This document shows, piece after piece, positions 46,988 to 56,454 of a stretch of DNA of 60,944 bases. How positions within the stretch are numbered: position 1 is the first letter of the stretch; each line of letters opens with the position of its first letter. This stretch comes from an uncultured virus (IMG/VR IMGVR_UViG_3300043256_000236). Taxonomy: Duplodnaviria > Heunggongvirae > Uroviricota > Caudoviricetes. The position numbers and the translations under genes were made by a program. The notes below the pieces were generated by a model that worked only from the letters and a program-made list of their open reading frames with translations, made no database searches and had not been told where the DNA came from. Location of the stretch: positions 62,001 through 122,944 of IMG/VR virus record IMGVR_UViG_3300043256_000236; one strand, 5' to 3'.

Positions 46988-47940
46988 TAGAACGGAGTCT
47001 CCGAATCATCTATTTCTGTTTGCGCACCCTTGCACATGTCGCGGAAGAAGCACCGATCGCAGGATTTTTCGTTGTCCGTCCTTTTGAAGTACGATGGATT
47101 ATCTTTGTTATCAAATGCCTTTTTCAACATTGGAGTTTCACTTTGTATGATACCAGCCTGCCTTTTAATGTGTTGCATGGTTACATCGAGGTGAGGTGTT
47201 GCCTGCTCGCCAAGCTCTGCAAATGCTGCCAAATAAACTGGTATGATTACAATGTCTTCTGGTTGGTCTGCCCATCCTTGTTTTAATGCGTACATACTAT
47301 AACTTACCAATTGGTCTATCACGCTATCACTGACCATACCGGTCTTCCAATCCAATAAGTACACTTTACCTTTGTATCTAAAACCACAATCTATTTTAAC
47401 AGTTACCTCTTCGCCTGTACTTAATTGGAATTTTTGGAAGTCTTCTAGAGTCAGCCAATCTTCTTTCGGGAGATTTTGTAGTATACTAAACAATGGCATG
47501 TCATAAAATGCCTTGAGGGAGCTTAGGACCTTCTGTTTATATGATGCCAATTTATCTGGTGCTATTTCTTCTTGATAGAAATGTTCTGCAAGATTGGTAT
47601 TTTTCTTAGGACTTCCCTGCCATCTCTTTCCTACCGATTGCTTCCAACCTTTTCGAAGTGCCTGGACACCATCATGTTGTGCTTGTTGAAGTGTCTTCCA
47701 TTCTCCTGTTGTGCGACCAGTAGTGATGATTTCTTCTATAATATCGTGGACGAGAGAACCCACGAACATAGGAAAATTGGTCATATTCTTAAGCATATAT
47801 GCGCGAGACTTTTCCTGTGGAGCACTGGTTAACCAACCTTCCCAGGCTACGTGATAGATTAAATGATATCTCCACGCGCACTCTCTTAGAGTTTTTATAC
47901 GACTATTTGACCAAGCATACGTCTGTTCTATATTACCCAT
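46987..47940 (-). CDS. Cas4/AddB-like PD-(D/E)xK nuclease
   Basis: WSNSR..C..GSLVHD..KID..LLDWKTG..QL..Y..CDRCFFRDMC. Confidence 0.8.
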   Translation of the reverse strand: MGNIEQTYAWSNSRIKTLRECAWRYHLIYHVAWEGWLTSAPQEKSRAYMLKNMTNFPMFVGSLVHDIIEEIITTGRTTGEWKTLQQAQHDGVQALRKGWKQSVGKRWQGSPKKNTNLAEHFYQEEIAPDKLASYKQKVLSSLKAFYDMPLFSILQNLPKEDWLTLEDFQKFQLSTGEEVTVKIDCGFRYKGKVYLLDWKTGMVSDSVIDQLVSYSMYALKQGWADQPEDIVIIPVYLAAFAELGEQATPHLDVTMQHIKRQAGIIQSETPMLKKAFDNKDNPSYFKRTDNEKSCDRCFFRDMCKGAQTEIDDSETPF

Positions 47941-48094
47941 TGGTTTTCCTTTTTAGTTTGAGACATTTTTTGCATGATACATGTGCCCATCTAGTACGTG
48001 AAAATATGTGTGCATTTTTACTATTGAGTTTCGCACAACACAAAGTTGGGTTGTCGTAATGTTTCTTTGGTGTTATAGCTTTATGTATCTTCAT
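47933..48094 (-). CDS. Small Zn-finger-like protein (53 aa, not in the ORF track)
   Basis: Manual translation MKIHKAITPKKHYDNPTLCCAKLNSKNAHIFSRTRWAHVSCKKCLKLKRKTNG fills the gap. Confidence 0.5.
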   Translation of the reverse strand: MKIHKAITPKKHYDNPTLCCAKLNSKNAHIFSRTRWAHVSCKKCLKLKRKTNG

Positions 48095-48096
48095 TA

Positions 48097-48339
48097 TTAC
48101 TTACAATTCTTACAGGTAATCGTCCTGTACTGTGTCCTATTCTCACCACACGAAGCCTGTGCATTGGTAGCCTCTCTATCAACTTCACTAACCTTCCTTG
48201 TTCCACAACATTTACGACATGTTGCATAACGAGCATTGGTGCTGCATCGTTCACACAAATCATAGGTTCCGAACGACACACCCTTGGTATCTTTTATAAC
48301 TAGAGAACAAAGATCACACTTACGAATTTTCACTTCCAT
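48097..48339 (-). CDS. Small Cys-rich Zn-finger protein
   Basis: Four CxxC motifs. Confidence 0.55.
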   Translation of the reverse strand: MEVKIRKCDLCSLVIKDTKGVSFGTYDLCERCSTNARYATCRKCCGTRKVSEVDREATNAQASCGENRTQYRTITCKNCK

Positions 48340-48363
48340 CTCCTTTAGTCTATACTACCACTA

Positions 48364-48861
48364 TTAAGAATATGCCCACGACCTTTTTCCTTTTATATCA
48401 GAAATTGTCATCCGAGTAACACCAAATATATCTGCTATTTGTCTTTGTAAAAGATTGCCCTGTAATAATAATCGTCTTATTTCCGAGACCTGCTCTAGAG
48501 TCAGTTTCGATCTTCCATTCCTTTGGCCCCTGTTGGTTCTGCGATGACGTATTTTATCTTCTTCGTTTTCTTTCCTTGTACCCCAAGACAAATTAGATCG
48601 ACAATTGTTCTGTTTATTTCCATCAAAGTGTCTTACTTCATGTTTTATGGTTGGAGGATCACCAATAAACGCATAAGCTACCAAACGATGTACTCGGTGG
48701 TATCTCCTATCGCAATTCACTCTTAAATCTACCATATTATAACCATTAGAAATACGTGGTTTCAGTATCTTTTTGGTTTGTTTTCGTCTAACATATCCTA
48801 TATCAGATACTTCATAATACCCTTCATATCCAACAACTGGTTTCCAGTATTCTTTAATCAC
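48364..48861 (-). CDS. NUMOD4-HNH homing endonuclease with C-terminal HTH
   Basis: WKPVVGYEG.YEVSD.G.VR, VHRLVAYAF, H.DGNK.NN..NL.W.T..EN; start codon uncertain. Confidence 0.85.
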   Translation of the reverse strand: MIKEYWKPVVGYEGYYEVSDIGYVRRKQTKKILKPRISNGYNMVDLRVNCDRRYHRVHRLVAYAFIGDPPTIKHEVRHFDGNKQNNCRSNLSWGTRKENEEDKIRHRRTNRGQRNGRSKLTLEQVSEIRRLLLQGNLLQRQIADIFGVTRMTISDIKGKRSWAYS

Positions 48862-50044
48862 CTTGAAGTCTTTCTGTGATACCATCTCTCTTAAGATAAT
48901 ATCCACGGTCAAAGAACGGAAAGAACTCAGGGGAAAATTTCGTTATGCTACCCTTAATGTCCTGCTGTAAAGTTACAATACAAAATCCTACATGAGCTGC
49001 AAGCTTTCGTTTACGCATGAATAAAGTTTGGTCTTGCATTGTCCCTGCTTGTAAACAATGAATGTTTCTAACGTAACAATATTCCATTTTATGATAATGT
49101 CCTATTATGCATACTGCTGGTTTTTCCCCTCCTGTAAAACTTTCTGCCAATTTTTGAGAAGAGTATGAAAGAGCATATGAACTACCCCCGCCAGCATGAA
49201 TAACTTTTATAATAGCTGATCCATGTGGCGCCTTTAATTCAAAATCCGACTCCATATATCCCAGATAGACTAGATCTTCTCGGCCTTGAGCCCTTGCTTC
49301 TAACATCAAATAACGACCAAACTCGATTCCTTCTCGTTGGTGCCACCACCCACAATGGTCATCTCCATCTACGTAATATGTTTTAATTCCTGGTTTTGAA
49401 GGCCAGTGATCTATCGCGTATTGACATTGATCTGCGATACCGTGAGCTAGTAATTCGTGAGTATTGAATCTACATTCTCCATCTACATAATTTCCTGGGC
49501 ATAGAACTGTTGTTATCCCCCTTCTTTCGAATTCGTCATAAGCAGCATTAAGTACATCTAGTCGTTCAGCCTTACTGCATAGATGCATATCTGCAATGAC
49601 ACCGAATGATATTGGTTTTCCGTAGTTATGATTTGCCATTATAATCTTTGGACAAGATTGTTCCACCGATTTACCAAGTTGAATTGTGCTGCCACGTCGC
49701 ATTATAATGTAACCGCGCTCTTCCATATCATTAATTACAGCAAGCACATCCTCCTCTGTTGAATGCATCTTCTCAGCAACCTTGGCGGGTGTAATCGCTT
49801 TCTTTATGCGTCTAGCAACTTCTGATCTAAACAAAGGATCACTTGGATCAATTCCCACAATAGGTACACCTGATAATATTGTTTCTGCCTGGGTGATAAG
49901 CTTCCGAGCCTTCCATACGGAAACACCTAAAGTACTCGCCACTTCTTCCCTTAATGTACCAGTACTCCCAGCCTTATTGTGAGATCTAATAAGTTGAATA
50001 ACTTCCTGCACCTCTGCGCTCAATTGCGGCTTTTCTTTAGCCAT
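48854..50044 (-). CDS. HTH plus calcineurin-like metallophosphoesterase
   Basis: ADMHL, GNYVDG, GDDH, IHAGG, GHYH; N-terminal winged-HTH-like segments. Confidence 0.75.
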   Translation of the reverse strand: MAKEKPQLSAEVQEVIQLIRSHNKAGSTGTLREEVASTLGVSVWKARKLITQAETILSGVPIVGIDPSDPLFRSEVARRIKKAITPAKVAEKMHSTEEDVLAVINDMEERGYIIMRRGSTIQLGKSVEQSCPKIIMANHNYGKPISFGVIADMHLCSKAERLDVLNAAYDEFERRGITTVLCPGNYVDGECRFNTHELLAHGIADQCQYAIDHWPSKPGIKTYYVDGDDHCGWWHQREGIEFGRYLMLEARAQGREDLVYLGYMESDFELKAPHGSAIIKVIHAGGGSSYALSYSSQKLAESFTGGEKPAVCIIGHYHKMEYCYVRNIHCLQAGTMQDQTLFMRKRKLAAHVGFCIVTLQQDIKGSITKFSPEFFPFFDRGYYLKRDGITERLQGD

Positions 50045-50046
50045 AT

Positions 50047-52971
50047 CTAACTTCCACCTTTCGTTGTATCACATTTACCGCTTGGACAATCATTAACCGC
50101 AGCTTCTTCCGCCATGTCATCCAAGTGTTTTTTAGCCTCAGATATAGGCATAGGAACCAGAGGACTCTCTCCCTTACTTCCATCCCTATACACGGTTATT
50201 CCCTTGAGTTTTACTATATGTTTTCTCAAATCCTTTGACAACTGTTCTACTGGATAATCTGCTGGTAAATTTATTGTTTTAGAGATAGAGTTGTCTATAT
50301 GTTTCTGGCAAGCTACCTGCATTACAAGATGCGCTTCTGGTGAGATATCATGAGCACCCTGAAAATGTTTAGTAGACCTATGCGTTCGTATGAATTTTTT
50401 CAACAATGGATGAACAACAACTTCAGTAACACCATCCCTTTTACTGTCATCATGCATATTTTTATGTATGTTAAAGCGTCTCTCATATACCGGTTGAAAC
50501 AATGGTTCAATACCGGATGAACAACCAGCAACGATGGATGTTGTCCCAGTCGGCGCAATACAGAGTAAAGCACAGTTTCTGATACCATGTTCTTTAATTA
50601 ATCTCCGATGATTGCGAGTTAAATGTTTCCTAGCAAAACCAGTTTTGATATGCTGTTCTGCATCAAAAGAATGGAATGGTCCCTTTTCTATTGCAATTCT
50701 TATGCTAGCGTGATAAGCCTGTTTTTTTATGCAGTTCATCACCTTATCAATCAGATCCCTAGATTCTTGACTAGAATATTTTATACCTAGTTCAAGCAAC
50801 ATGTCATGAAGTCCCATCACTCCCAAGCCAATTCGACGATGTTTTTGAGATGTTTCTTCTATCAGAGGCAGTGGATAATTATTTTGATCTAACACGTTGT
50901 CTAGGAAACGAACACTTAGAGAAACTGTTTCTTCTAACATATCTAGGTCAATCTCATTATCAACGACATGAGTGTGTAAATTTATAGCTCCTAAACAGCA
51001 GCATCCATATTCTTCCAAAGTGACCTCACCGCAATTTCCAACAACCAGTCCATTAACTATTAAGGAATGTGTATCAGGTTCATTAAGACAGTAAACATCT
51101 TCTACTCCATCCTTAACTATAGATTTGATTTTAGTGATAAATCTTTCTGGCTTACGACATTTCCTTCCCCTTTGATCCAATAATTCAGTAAGTTGTTTTT
51201 GTTTATTTCCAGCGAAAGCAATAAGTTTCTCAAAAGTAATAGAATTAGGCCTATTTATAATCAATTCGTATTGTGTTTTGCACAGATAGGGTTTGTGCCC
51301 ACCATGACCATCGGGCAAATTGCGGTATTGTTCATCTCTTCTCTTATGGATACTGGATATTATTCCAAAATTGTTGAGAAGAATTTGTACATCCTGTAAT
51401 AACGGAAGATTACTTTGGGAAAGTCTAACAGAAAGGGAACCTTTGGTTCCACGATCTTTGAGTTGAACAGAACCATCTGCTTGAAACAATCCAGCCAGAT
51501 AACCCTTTACTAATTCTCGTGACCCTCTCCAAACTAATTCTGGAACACGATTTTTGAATGTTCTGATGTTCTCATCAAATTCTTCAGAAAAGTATCTAGA
51601 TAATCTTATCGACGCAATACGTTTTTTATCCGGTTCCAAACAACTCCTAACAGTTACGAATCCATATTCCTTTTTAGTCTTAGTAAATTTTTTATTATTT
51701 ATTTTTCCATTAACTATACACAGCGTTTGGTCGCATAATTCATCTTCACTCCAGTAATCTAAACACATTATAACATCTTTGTCGGATCTAATTGTTGTCC
51801 CATCTCCAGTAAATGATCCGATTATCAATCCATCTCCATAATCACCGATATCTCCCCAGATACCTTCTCCAGATTGTAAATTAAGTTCATGGCCTTCAGA
51901 TAATACTTTTAATGGCCTACGGCCTAGTTGTGTTATAAATTCATGATATTCAGTACATCTTATCGTATGTCCATGTGATGTGGTTACTTTATAAATTTGC
52001 TGCTGTTTCCCCGTCATTTTCACAGGACTTGCTTGTCGAACTTTAATACCGCGTAAAATAGAATTTACACATCTATTATCTGTAGATACGTGATTATTCC
52101 CGCCAGATTCAAATAACTCACCAAAAGATATAATCCCACGATCTGTATGAAGTCGCATTTCCTTTGTAAAACAAGGATTAGTTGAGGAGAACTCTCCACC
52201 ACTGGCATAAGCTAATGTATTTTGTTCATCTATAAAACCCTTATTCAGAAAACCAGGATCTCCACCCTTCCACGCATTTTGTATAATCTTATCCCAGACT
52301 TCCTTAGCAGGAATCCTACCACGTTCTTCCCCTTGCCACTTAAAGACTATCTCTCCTTGGTCGTCAAGCAACTTAAAAAACTCATTATCAACCAATACGG
52401 AAATATTAGCATTAGTTAATTCTTTGTTATCAAGTTTCGCTTCCAAAAATTCAAGCAGGTCTGGGTGGTCATAATTCAAACAGAATAAAAGAGCGGATCT
52501 GCGCCCCCCACCTTCTCGCAACTCATTACAGACACCATTGACGGCCCTCATCAGACTGACAGAACCAGTAGCTTCTCCACCAGTCCCTCTAATCTTCGTG
52601 CCTCTAGGTCTAATTTTGGAAAAGTTAATGCCGACTCCACCACCCGTTCCGGAAATGATTGTTACATTACGGAGGACATCTCCCCACCCTTCTCGACTGT
52701 CCTCTGCGGGAATACAGAAACAGTTTAAAAGCTGACCACGAGGACGCCCTGCTCCTCTCCATATCCTACCACCCGGAGAAAAACGATTGGTTTGCAATAT
52801 CTCAATGAATCTAGCGAAGTACTCATCCCTCTTTGTTCCAAGTTCTGCATCAGCTATATTCCTGGAGACCCTTTCACAAGCCTGAGAGAATGTCTCCTCT
52901 TCATGAATAGCATATCTATCCTTAAAGATCTGTAAAGCGAACCCCTGTGGTTCATACATCTCTGTGCTCAC
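50047..52971 (-). CDS. nrdJ: Class II (B12-dependent) ribonucleotide reductase with intein
   Basis: SPGGR, NCF, GGG.G, RRSA, TNP|CGE, C.LG.INL, R.IGLG.MG, IAPTGT, SKTINLP, GITVYRDGS (no class I YY pair), terminal CPSGKC. Confidence 0.88.
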   Translation of the reverse strand: MSTEMYEPQGFALQIFKDRYAIHEEETFSQACERVSRNIADAELGTKRDEYFARFIEILQTNRFSPGGRIWRGAGRPRGQLLNCFCIPAEDSREGWGDVLRNVTIISGTGGGVGINFSKIRPRGTKIRGTGGEATGSVSLMRAVNGVCNELREGGGRRSALLFCLNYDHPDLLEFLEAKLDNKELTNANISVLVDNEFFKLLDDQGEIVFKWQGEERGRIPAKEVWDKIIQNAWKGGDPGFLNKGFIDEQNTLAYASGGEFSSTNPCFTKEMRLHTDRGIISFGELFESGGNNHVSTDNRCVNSILRGIKVRQASPVKMTGKQQQIYKVTTSHGHTIRCTEYHEFITQLGRRPLKVLSEGHELNLQSGEGIWGDIGDYGDGLIIGSFTGDGTTIRSDKDVIMCLDYWSEDELCDQTLCIVNGKINNKKFTKTKKEYGFVTVRSCLEPDKKRIASIRLSRYFSEEFDENIRTFKNRVPELVWRGSRELVKGYLAGLFQADGSVQLKDRGTKGSLSVRLSQSNLPLLQDVQILLNNFGIISSIHKRRDEQYRNLPDGHGGHKPYLCKTQYELIINRPNSITFEKLIAFAGNKQKQLTELLDQRGRKCRKPERFITKIKSIVKDGVEDVYCLNEPDTHSLIVNGLVVGNCGEVTLEEYGCCCLGAINLHTHVVDNEIDLDMLEETVSLSVRFLDNVLDQNNYPLPLIEETSQKHRRIGLGVMGLHDMLLELGIKYSSQESRDLIDKVMNCIKKQAYHASIRIAIEKGPFHSFDAEQHIKTGFARKHLTRNHRRLIKEHGIRNCALLCIAPTGTTSIVAGCSSGIEPLFQPVYERRFNIHKNMHDDSKRDGVTEVVVHPLLKKFIRTHRSTKHFQGAHDISPEAHLVMQVACQKHIDNSISKTINLPADYPVEQLSKDLRKHIVKLKGITVYRDGSKGESPLVPMPISEAKKHLDDMAEEAAVNDCPSGKCDTTKGGS
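51034..52173 (-). mobile_element. Intein (380 aa) with LAGLIDADG endonuclease in RNR
   Basis: C-FTKEM start, CTEYHEF, IIGSFTGDG, YLAGLFQADG, VYCL..VVGN end followed by +1 Cys of CGE. Confidence 0.9.
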
Positions 52972-53615
52972 TAAGCATCTCCTCCATTTATTCGTAAGGT
53001 TCTGTCACTATCAGAACCAATAATTGCCTGTTGACTACTACTAGGTTGCTTCTTTAAATACGACGTCACAGCGGACCTAAACGGATCTATTGTCCTGCTA
53101 TAATATTCTCCATAACGAGAGTAAGCCATGGAGTCTGCGATGCGCAACTTGAACCAATTCTGAATATTATCCCGTCCAACATCAGCGATGAATTTCCTAA
53201 TGGTTTTTTCCTTGGTGGCCCCAGTTATGTCATACATATGTGTAGACACTAGCCTGACGACACGATCTGTCACATACGAAGAGGCACCCCATTCCCCCAA
53301 CCTCCTGACCGCTATCTTAGCCGACTCTATATCGTGATTCGGAAATCTAGACTGTGGATTAGTGGTCGGTTTTATACAACTTTTCCCTAGGTCGTGAAAT
53401 AGGCCAGACAGCAAAGCTATCGAGGTGGCGTCCGACAGACTATCTATGACCAACATTGTATGTTCCCACACGGATTGGCCGTTGCTGTGCTTAATATCCT
53501 TAGCTACTTCTAGCTCTGGGAAATCAGATGGCGCATGATTAGACATCCAATAATCACTGGGATTACCAAATCTCATTCCTATCACCACTTGTTGTATCAA
53601 AGGTCTCTTGTCCAT
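52971..53615 (-). CDS. HD-domain phosphohydrolase (CCA-enzyme C-terminal-like)
   Basis: FPEL..H...SVWEHT..LFHDLGK..F.NH...SA..LV.HM..AD. Confidence 0.7.
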   Translation of the reverse strand: MDKRPLIQQVVIGMRFGNPSDYWMSNHAPSDFPELEVAKDIKHSNGQSVWEHTMLVIDSLSDATSIALLSGLFHDLGKSCIKPTTNPQSRFPNHDIESAKIAVRRLGEWGASSYVTDRVVRLVSTHMYDITGATKEKTIRKFIADVGRDNIQNWFKLRIADSMAYSRYGEYYSRTIDPFRSAVTSYLKKQPSSSQQAIIGSDSDRTLRINGGDA

Positions 53616-54410
53616 TTAGTTTGAAGTATAGCTACTTTCTATGATGTCTATAGCCATCAACAAAGAGATGGCCTTTGCCATGTGGGGAATTATCTGGCCA
53701 CGCTTGGTTGTCGACATCATATATGGAACACCTATCAGATAATAATGGCCATCGTATTCCTTGAACAATCCGCCTCCGCTTGAACCGTTGACTATTGATG
53801 CGGTATTAGCGTAAACAACCCATTCTATTTCGCCGCAAGCACCATTTGCAATCCCAGAAATTATTCCTTCTGTGGGTAGGGGCCTCATACCCAACTTACA
53901 ACCAACAGAGACTACCTCGTCAAATATTGTTATTTGGTCTAATTGAGCCATGTCCGCCATCTTGGCTACTGGTAGCATTTCTTTGGAAGTGAAAGACAAA
54001 ACTGATAAATCTCGGTGCGCATCTTCCTCCACAACGCGTGCCACGTGGTCGGACCACTCGTCACTTAGGATACTAAAAGTTAAAACGCCACATCCAGTAT
54101 CCACAGCCTTCGTCGTTGTCCTTCCTGTCAAAAAGTCCACGCTGTCCACCTGGGTAATCCATCTTGGGCGTATGACGTGTTCGTTTGTAAGCACCCTGTA
54201 TTCGAATACTCCATCGTCATTTCGACGCAACCGATCTATGACTGTTCCAGAACCTGTTCCATACTGGGTGTAGACGAGGACTATCGGGCCTATTGTTTCC
54301 TCCCGTTTGATCTCTTTTGTGTCTGGCGACAGTAGTAGTTCTGTATTAATTGCGTCTATTGGTGAACACAAGATCAAGTATAACACTAATGTTTTTAACA
54401 ACAAAATCAT
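53616..54410 (-). CDS. Trypsin-like serine protease with signal/TM N-terminus
   Basis: GSGTVI, LTNEHV, DLSVL, NGSSGGGLF catalytic-triad motifs. Confidence 0.8.
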   Translation of the reverse strand: MILLLKTLVLYLILCSPIDAINTELLLSPDTKEIKREETIGPIVLVYTQYGTGSGTVIDRLRRNDDGVFEYRVLTNEHVIRPRWITQVDSVDFLTGRTTTKAVDTGCGVLTFSILSDEWSDHVARVVEEDAHRDLSVLSFTSKEMLPVAKMADMAQLDQITIFDEVVSVGCKLGMRPLPTEGIISGIANGACGEIEWVVYANTASIVNGSSGGGLFKEYDGHYYLIGVPYMMSTTKRGQIIPHMAKAISLLMAIDIIESSYTSN

Positions 54411-54475
54411 ATTTTGTTTTCCAGAAAGAAATATTGCACGGCTCTATGCAGAGTAATACAAACTTAACCAATCAC

Positions 54476-54919
54476 CTACCCTGCGAATTCTTGAACCCCA
54501 TCGAGTGCCCCGTCGATTCCCGACGAAACAATAGCTATTATCAACTCTTGATCTTCTGTCATATTAAAATCCAATGCCCCGAGATATCTATCTAATAGAT
54601 CTATTATAGTCAAACCATATACCTGATATTTCTGAGGCAATTCTGTTGCTACCAGCTGGCGGGCACCTGTAAAATTCGGTTGACCAGGTACAGATAATAA
54701 GTCTTTCATCGCTACTAGGTACCCTTTGATTAAGTTTACGTCTTCTGACGGCATATCAGCTTCTTTCAAAGCGAGGCGTGTCGCCATCTTGGAGAACATA
54801 AAAACATCAGCTTTCAAATTAGGAACATTATCCTGCCAATCACCCCCACCAGTGCTACATCCGACAACCGGTCCACACATGACCACCAACAACAACGAAA
54901 TTATCGACCACTTCTTCAT
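54476..54919 (-). CDS. Putative lipoprotein
   Basis: MKK + hydrophobic core + VVGC lipobox. Confidence 0.55.
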   Translation of the reverse strand: MKKWSIISLLLVVMCGPVVGCSTGGGDWQDNVPNLKADVFMFSKMATRLALKEADMPSEDVNLIKGYLVAMKDLLSVPGQPNFTGARQLVATELPQKYQVYGLTIIDLLDRYLGALDFNMTEDQELIIAIVSSGIDGALDGVQEFAG

Positions 54920-54961
54920 TTTTTCACCCTTTTCCTGATAAAACCCAAAAACCACAGTTAG

Positions 54962-54970
54962 TTATACACA
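54962..54970 (-). promoter_or_regulatory. Putative late promoter motif TGTGTATAA
   Basis: Intergenic copy upstream of the lipoprotein and protease genes. Confidence 0.5.
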
Positions 54971-54982
54971 CATAACTAGCTA

Positions 54983-55306
54983 TTACTGACATTCTCTTTC
55001 TATTTTTTCTCTTCGTTTTTGTTTGCTTTGTTGATTTGCGTCTATATCCTTCTGGCGACCATATCTCCATGTACGCTTAGACCTTTTTTTACCACCCGAC
55101 TTGTCTGGAGGACTCTCTACGTGATACAATTCTCCACACATAACTTGTCCGGTCGTCTTACTTGTATGTTTTTCTCTACACTTATCTTTACACCTGAGCC
55201 TATCTCCCCCTCCACATGCGCACAAATCCAGCCCAGACAATCTCCTGAGTCTCTGTGTCTTTTTTTCTTCTCTCTTTTTTTTGTTATGACCCTTTTCGTT
55301 TTCCAT
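54983..55306 (-). CDS. Highly basic Cys-containing hypothetical protein
   Basis: K/R-rich 107-aa ORF directly after the sigma gene. Confidence 0.5.
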   Translation of the reverse strand: MENEKGHNKKKREEKKTQRLRRLSGLDLCACGGGDRLRCKDKCREKHTSKTTGQVMCGELYHVESPPDKSGGKKRSKRTWRYGRQKDIDANQQSKQKRREKIERECQ

Positions 55307-55309
55307 TAC

Positions 55310-55822
55310 TTATCCCACCTTTATTGTAAATTTATGTTTCATTTTATTAATAGCCCTTGTTTTAATACGATAAACTGTAGACGGCACAATGCCATGAGAA
55401 GAAGCGACCTCTCTGGTAGTCTTGTGCTCAAAAAATAACTCTGCAATAATGCTTGTCTCTTCTTCATTTAGACACGCCAAACATTCCTGTATGGTCATCC
55501 CAGAATCTAAATCCCCACAAAGTCCAGCAAAATTAGACATACGTTCATGAGATATGCTCTGTGCTCGTTTTGCTCTTAATTCCGCATCCCTCATGTGTCT
55601 GAATGTACCCAATAATCTAGAATACAAAAAGGTGATAAACGAACCACCTCCACAGTAACATATCATACATTTCAAAAGTTCATCATCAGCACGAGCTTTT
55701 AACTCATCCGAATGAGCTGAATCTACCCCTACGGATGTGGATAACTGTACAACTAATGGAGCATACTTGATTCTGGCTCGATGGAAATACTCCTTAGTAA
55801 CACGACGATTTACTTGCAACAT
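55310..55822 (-). CDS. ECF-like sigma factor (regions 2 and 4)
   Basis: YAPLV..LLKC..SFITFLY..; LNEEE..II..FFE.KT.REVA..GI..STV..IKTRAINKMK; TGATG overlap with clpP. Confidence 0.75.
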   Translation of the reverse strand: MLQVNRRVTKEYFHRARIKYAPLVVQLSTSVGVDSAHSDELKARADDELLKCMICYCGGGSFITFLYSRLLGTFRHMRDAELRAKRAQSISHERMSNFAGLCGDLDSGMTIQECLACLNEEETSIIAELFFEHKTTREVASSHGIVPSTVYRIKTRAINKMKHKFTIKVG

Positions 55823-56454
55823 CAACGAGACTCCATATAAATCTTCCGTTCCATAGTCGGTGTCCATAACCCGTCTATAATTCCCATACGCGTAGCTGTC
55901 TTTGGGGACATCCACTTAGTTTCTTCCATCATAGATAGTAATTGTTTGTTTGTCAACTTAGTCCTCCTAGCCATTGCCTTCATTTTCTCTAAATAGTCGT
56001 CATTGACATATTTTATCATAGAGTTGTGCTTGTCCAGAGACTCCATACCGCTTTGTATAATGACAGAATGCAACATCATAGATGAGTTGGGTGTTGCATA
56101 TCTTTTACCCTTGGTTCCGAATATAGAAATTATAGCACCCATAGAATGGGCTTGCCCACGGACTATTGTGTAAACTGGGCCACGACACGACAACATCTGA
56201 TCTATGATAGCATAACCAGAGGCCAAACAACCACCGGGACTATTAATATACATATATATTGGATCTTTAGTCAAAGAAAATAGCTGTAAATAATTACATA
56301 TATTAACTGATGACATTTCATCAATCAAGCCCACTACCAAGATACGACGAGTTCTCGTCAAAAATTCTTCAACGATAGGATCCACCTGTATTGGTATTGA
56401 CATTTCTAGCCCGTCGCCACATTTACATACCCTGTGCTTTGGATTAAATTGCAT
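55822..56454 (-). CDS. clpP: ClpP-family protease
   Basis: R.I...G.ID, MYINSPGG, AIIDQM, GQAHSMGA, GKRYA.PNS.MMLH, GIID. Confidence 0.88.
   Translation of the reverse strand: MQFNPKHRVCKCGDGLEMSIPIQVDPIVEEFLTRTRRILVVGLIDEMSSVNICNYLQLFSLTKDPIYMYINSPGGCLASGYAIIDQMLSCRGPVYTIVRGQAHSMGAIISIFGTKGKRYATPNSSMMLHSVIIQSGMESLDKHNSMIKYVNDDYLEKMKAMARRTKLTNKQLLSMMEETKWMSPKTATRMGIIDGLWTPTMERKIYMESR

Noticed and set aside
37491..53615. Z-genome (2-aminoadenine) system suggested by the dNTP hydrolase and HD protein
   Set aside because: No PurZ in the window, and the HD protein resembles CCA-type HD rather than DatZ
54411..54475. Small TGCA-stem hairpin between the lipoprotein and protease genes
   Set aside because: The stem is short and the U-tract interrupted; too weak to call a terminator
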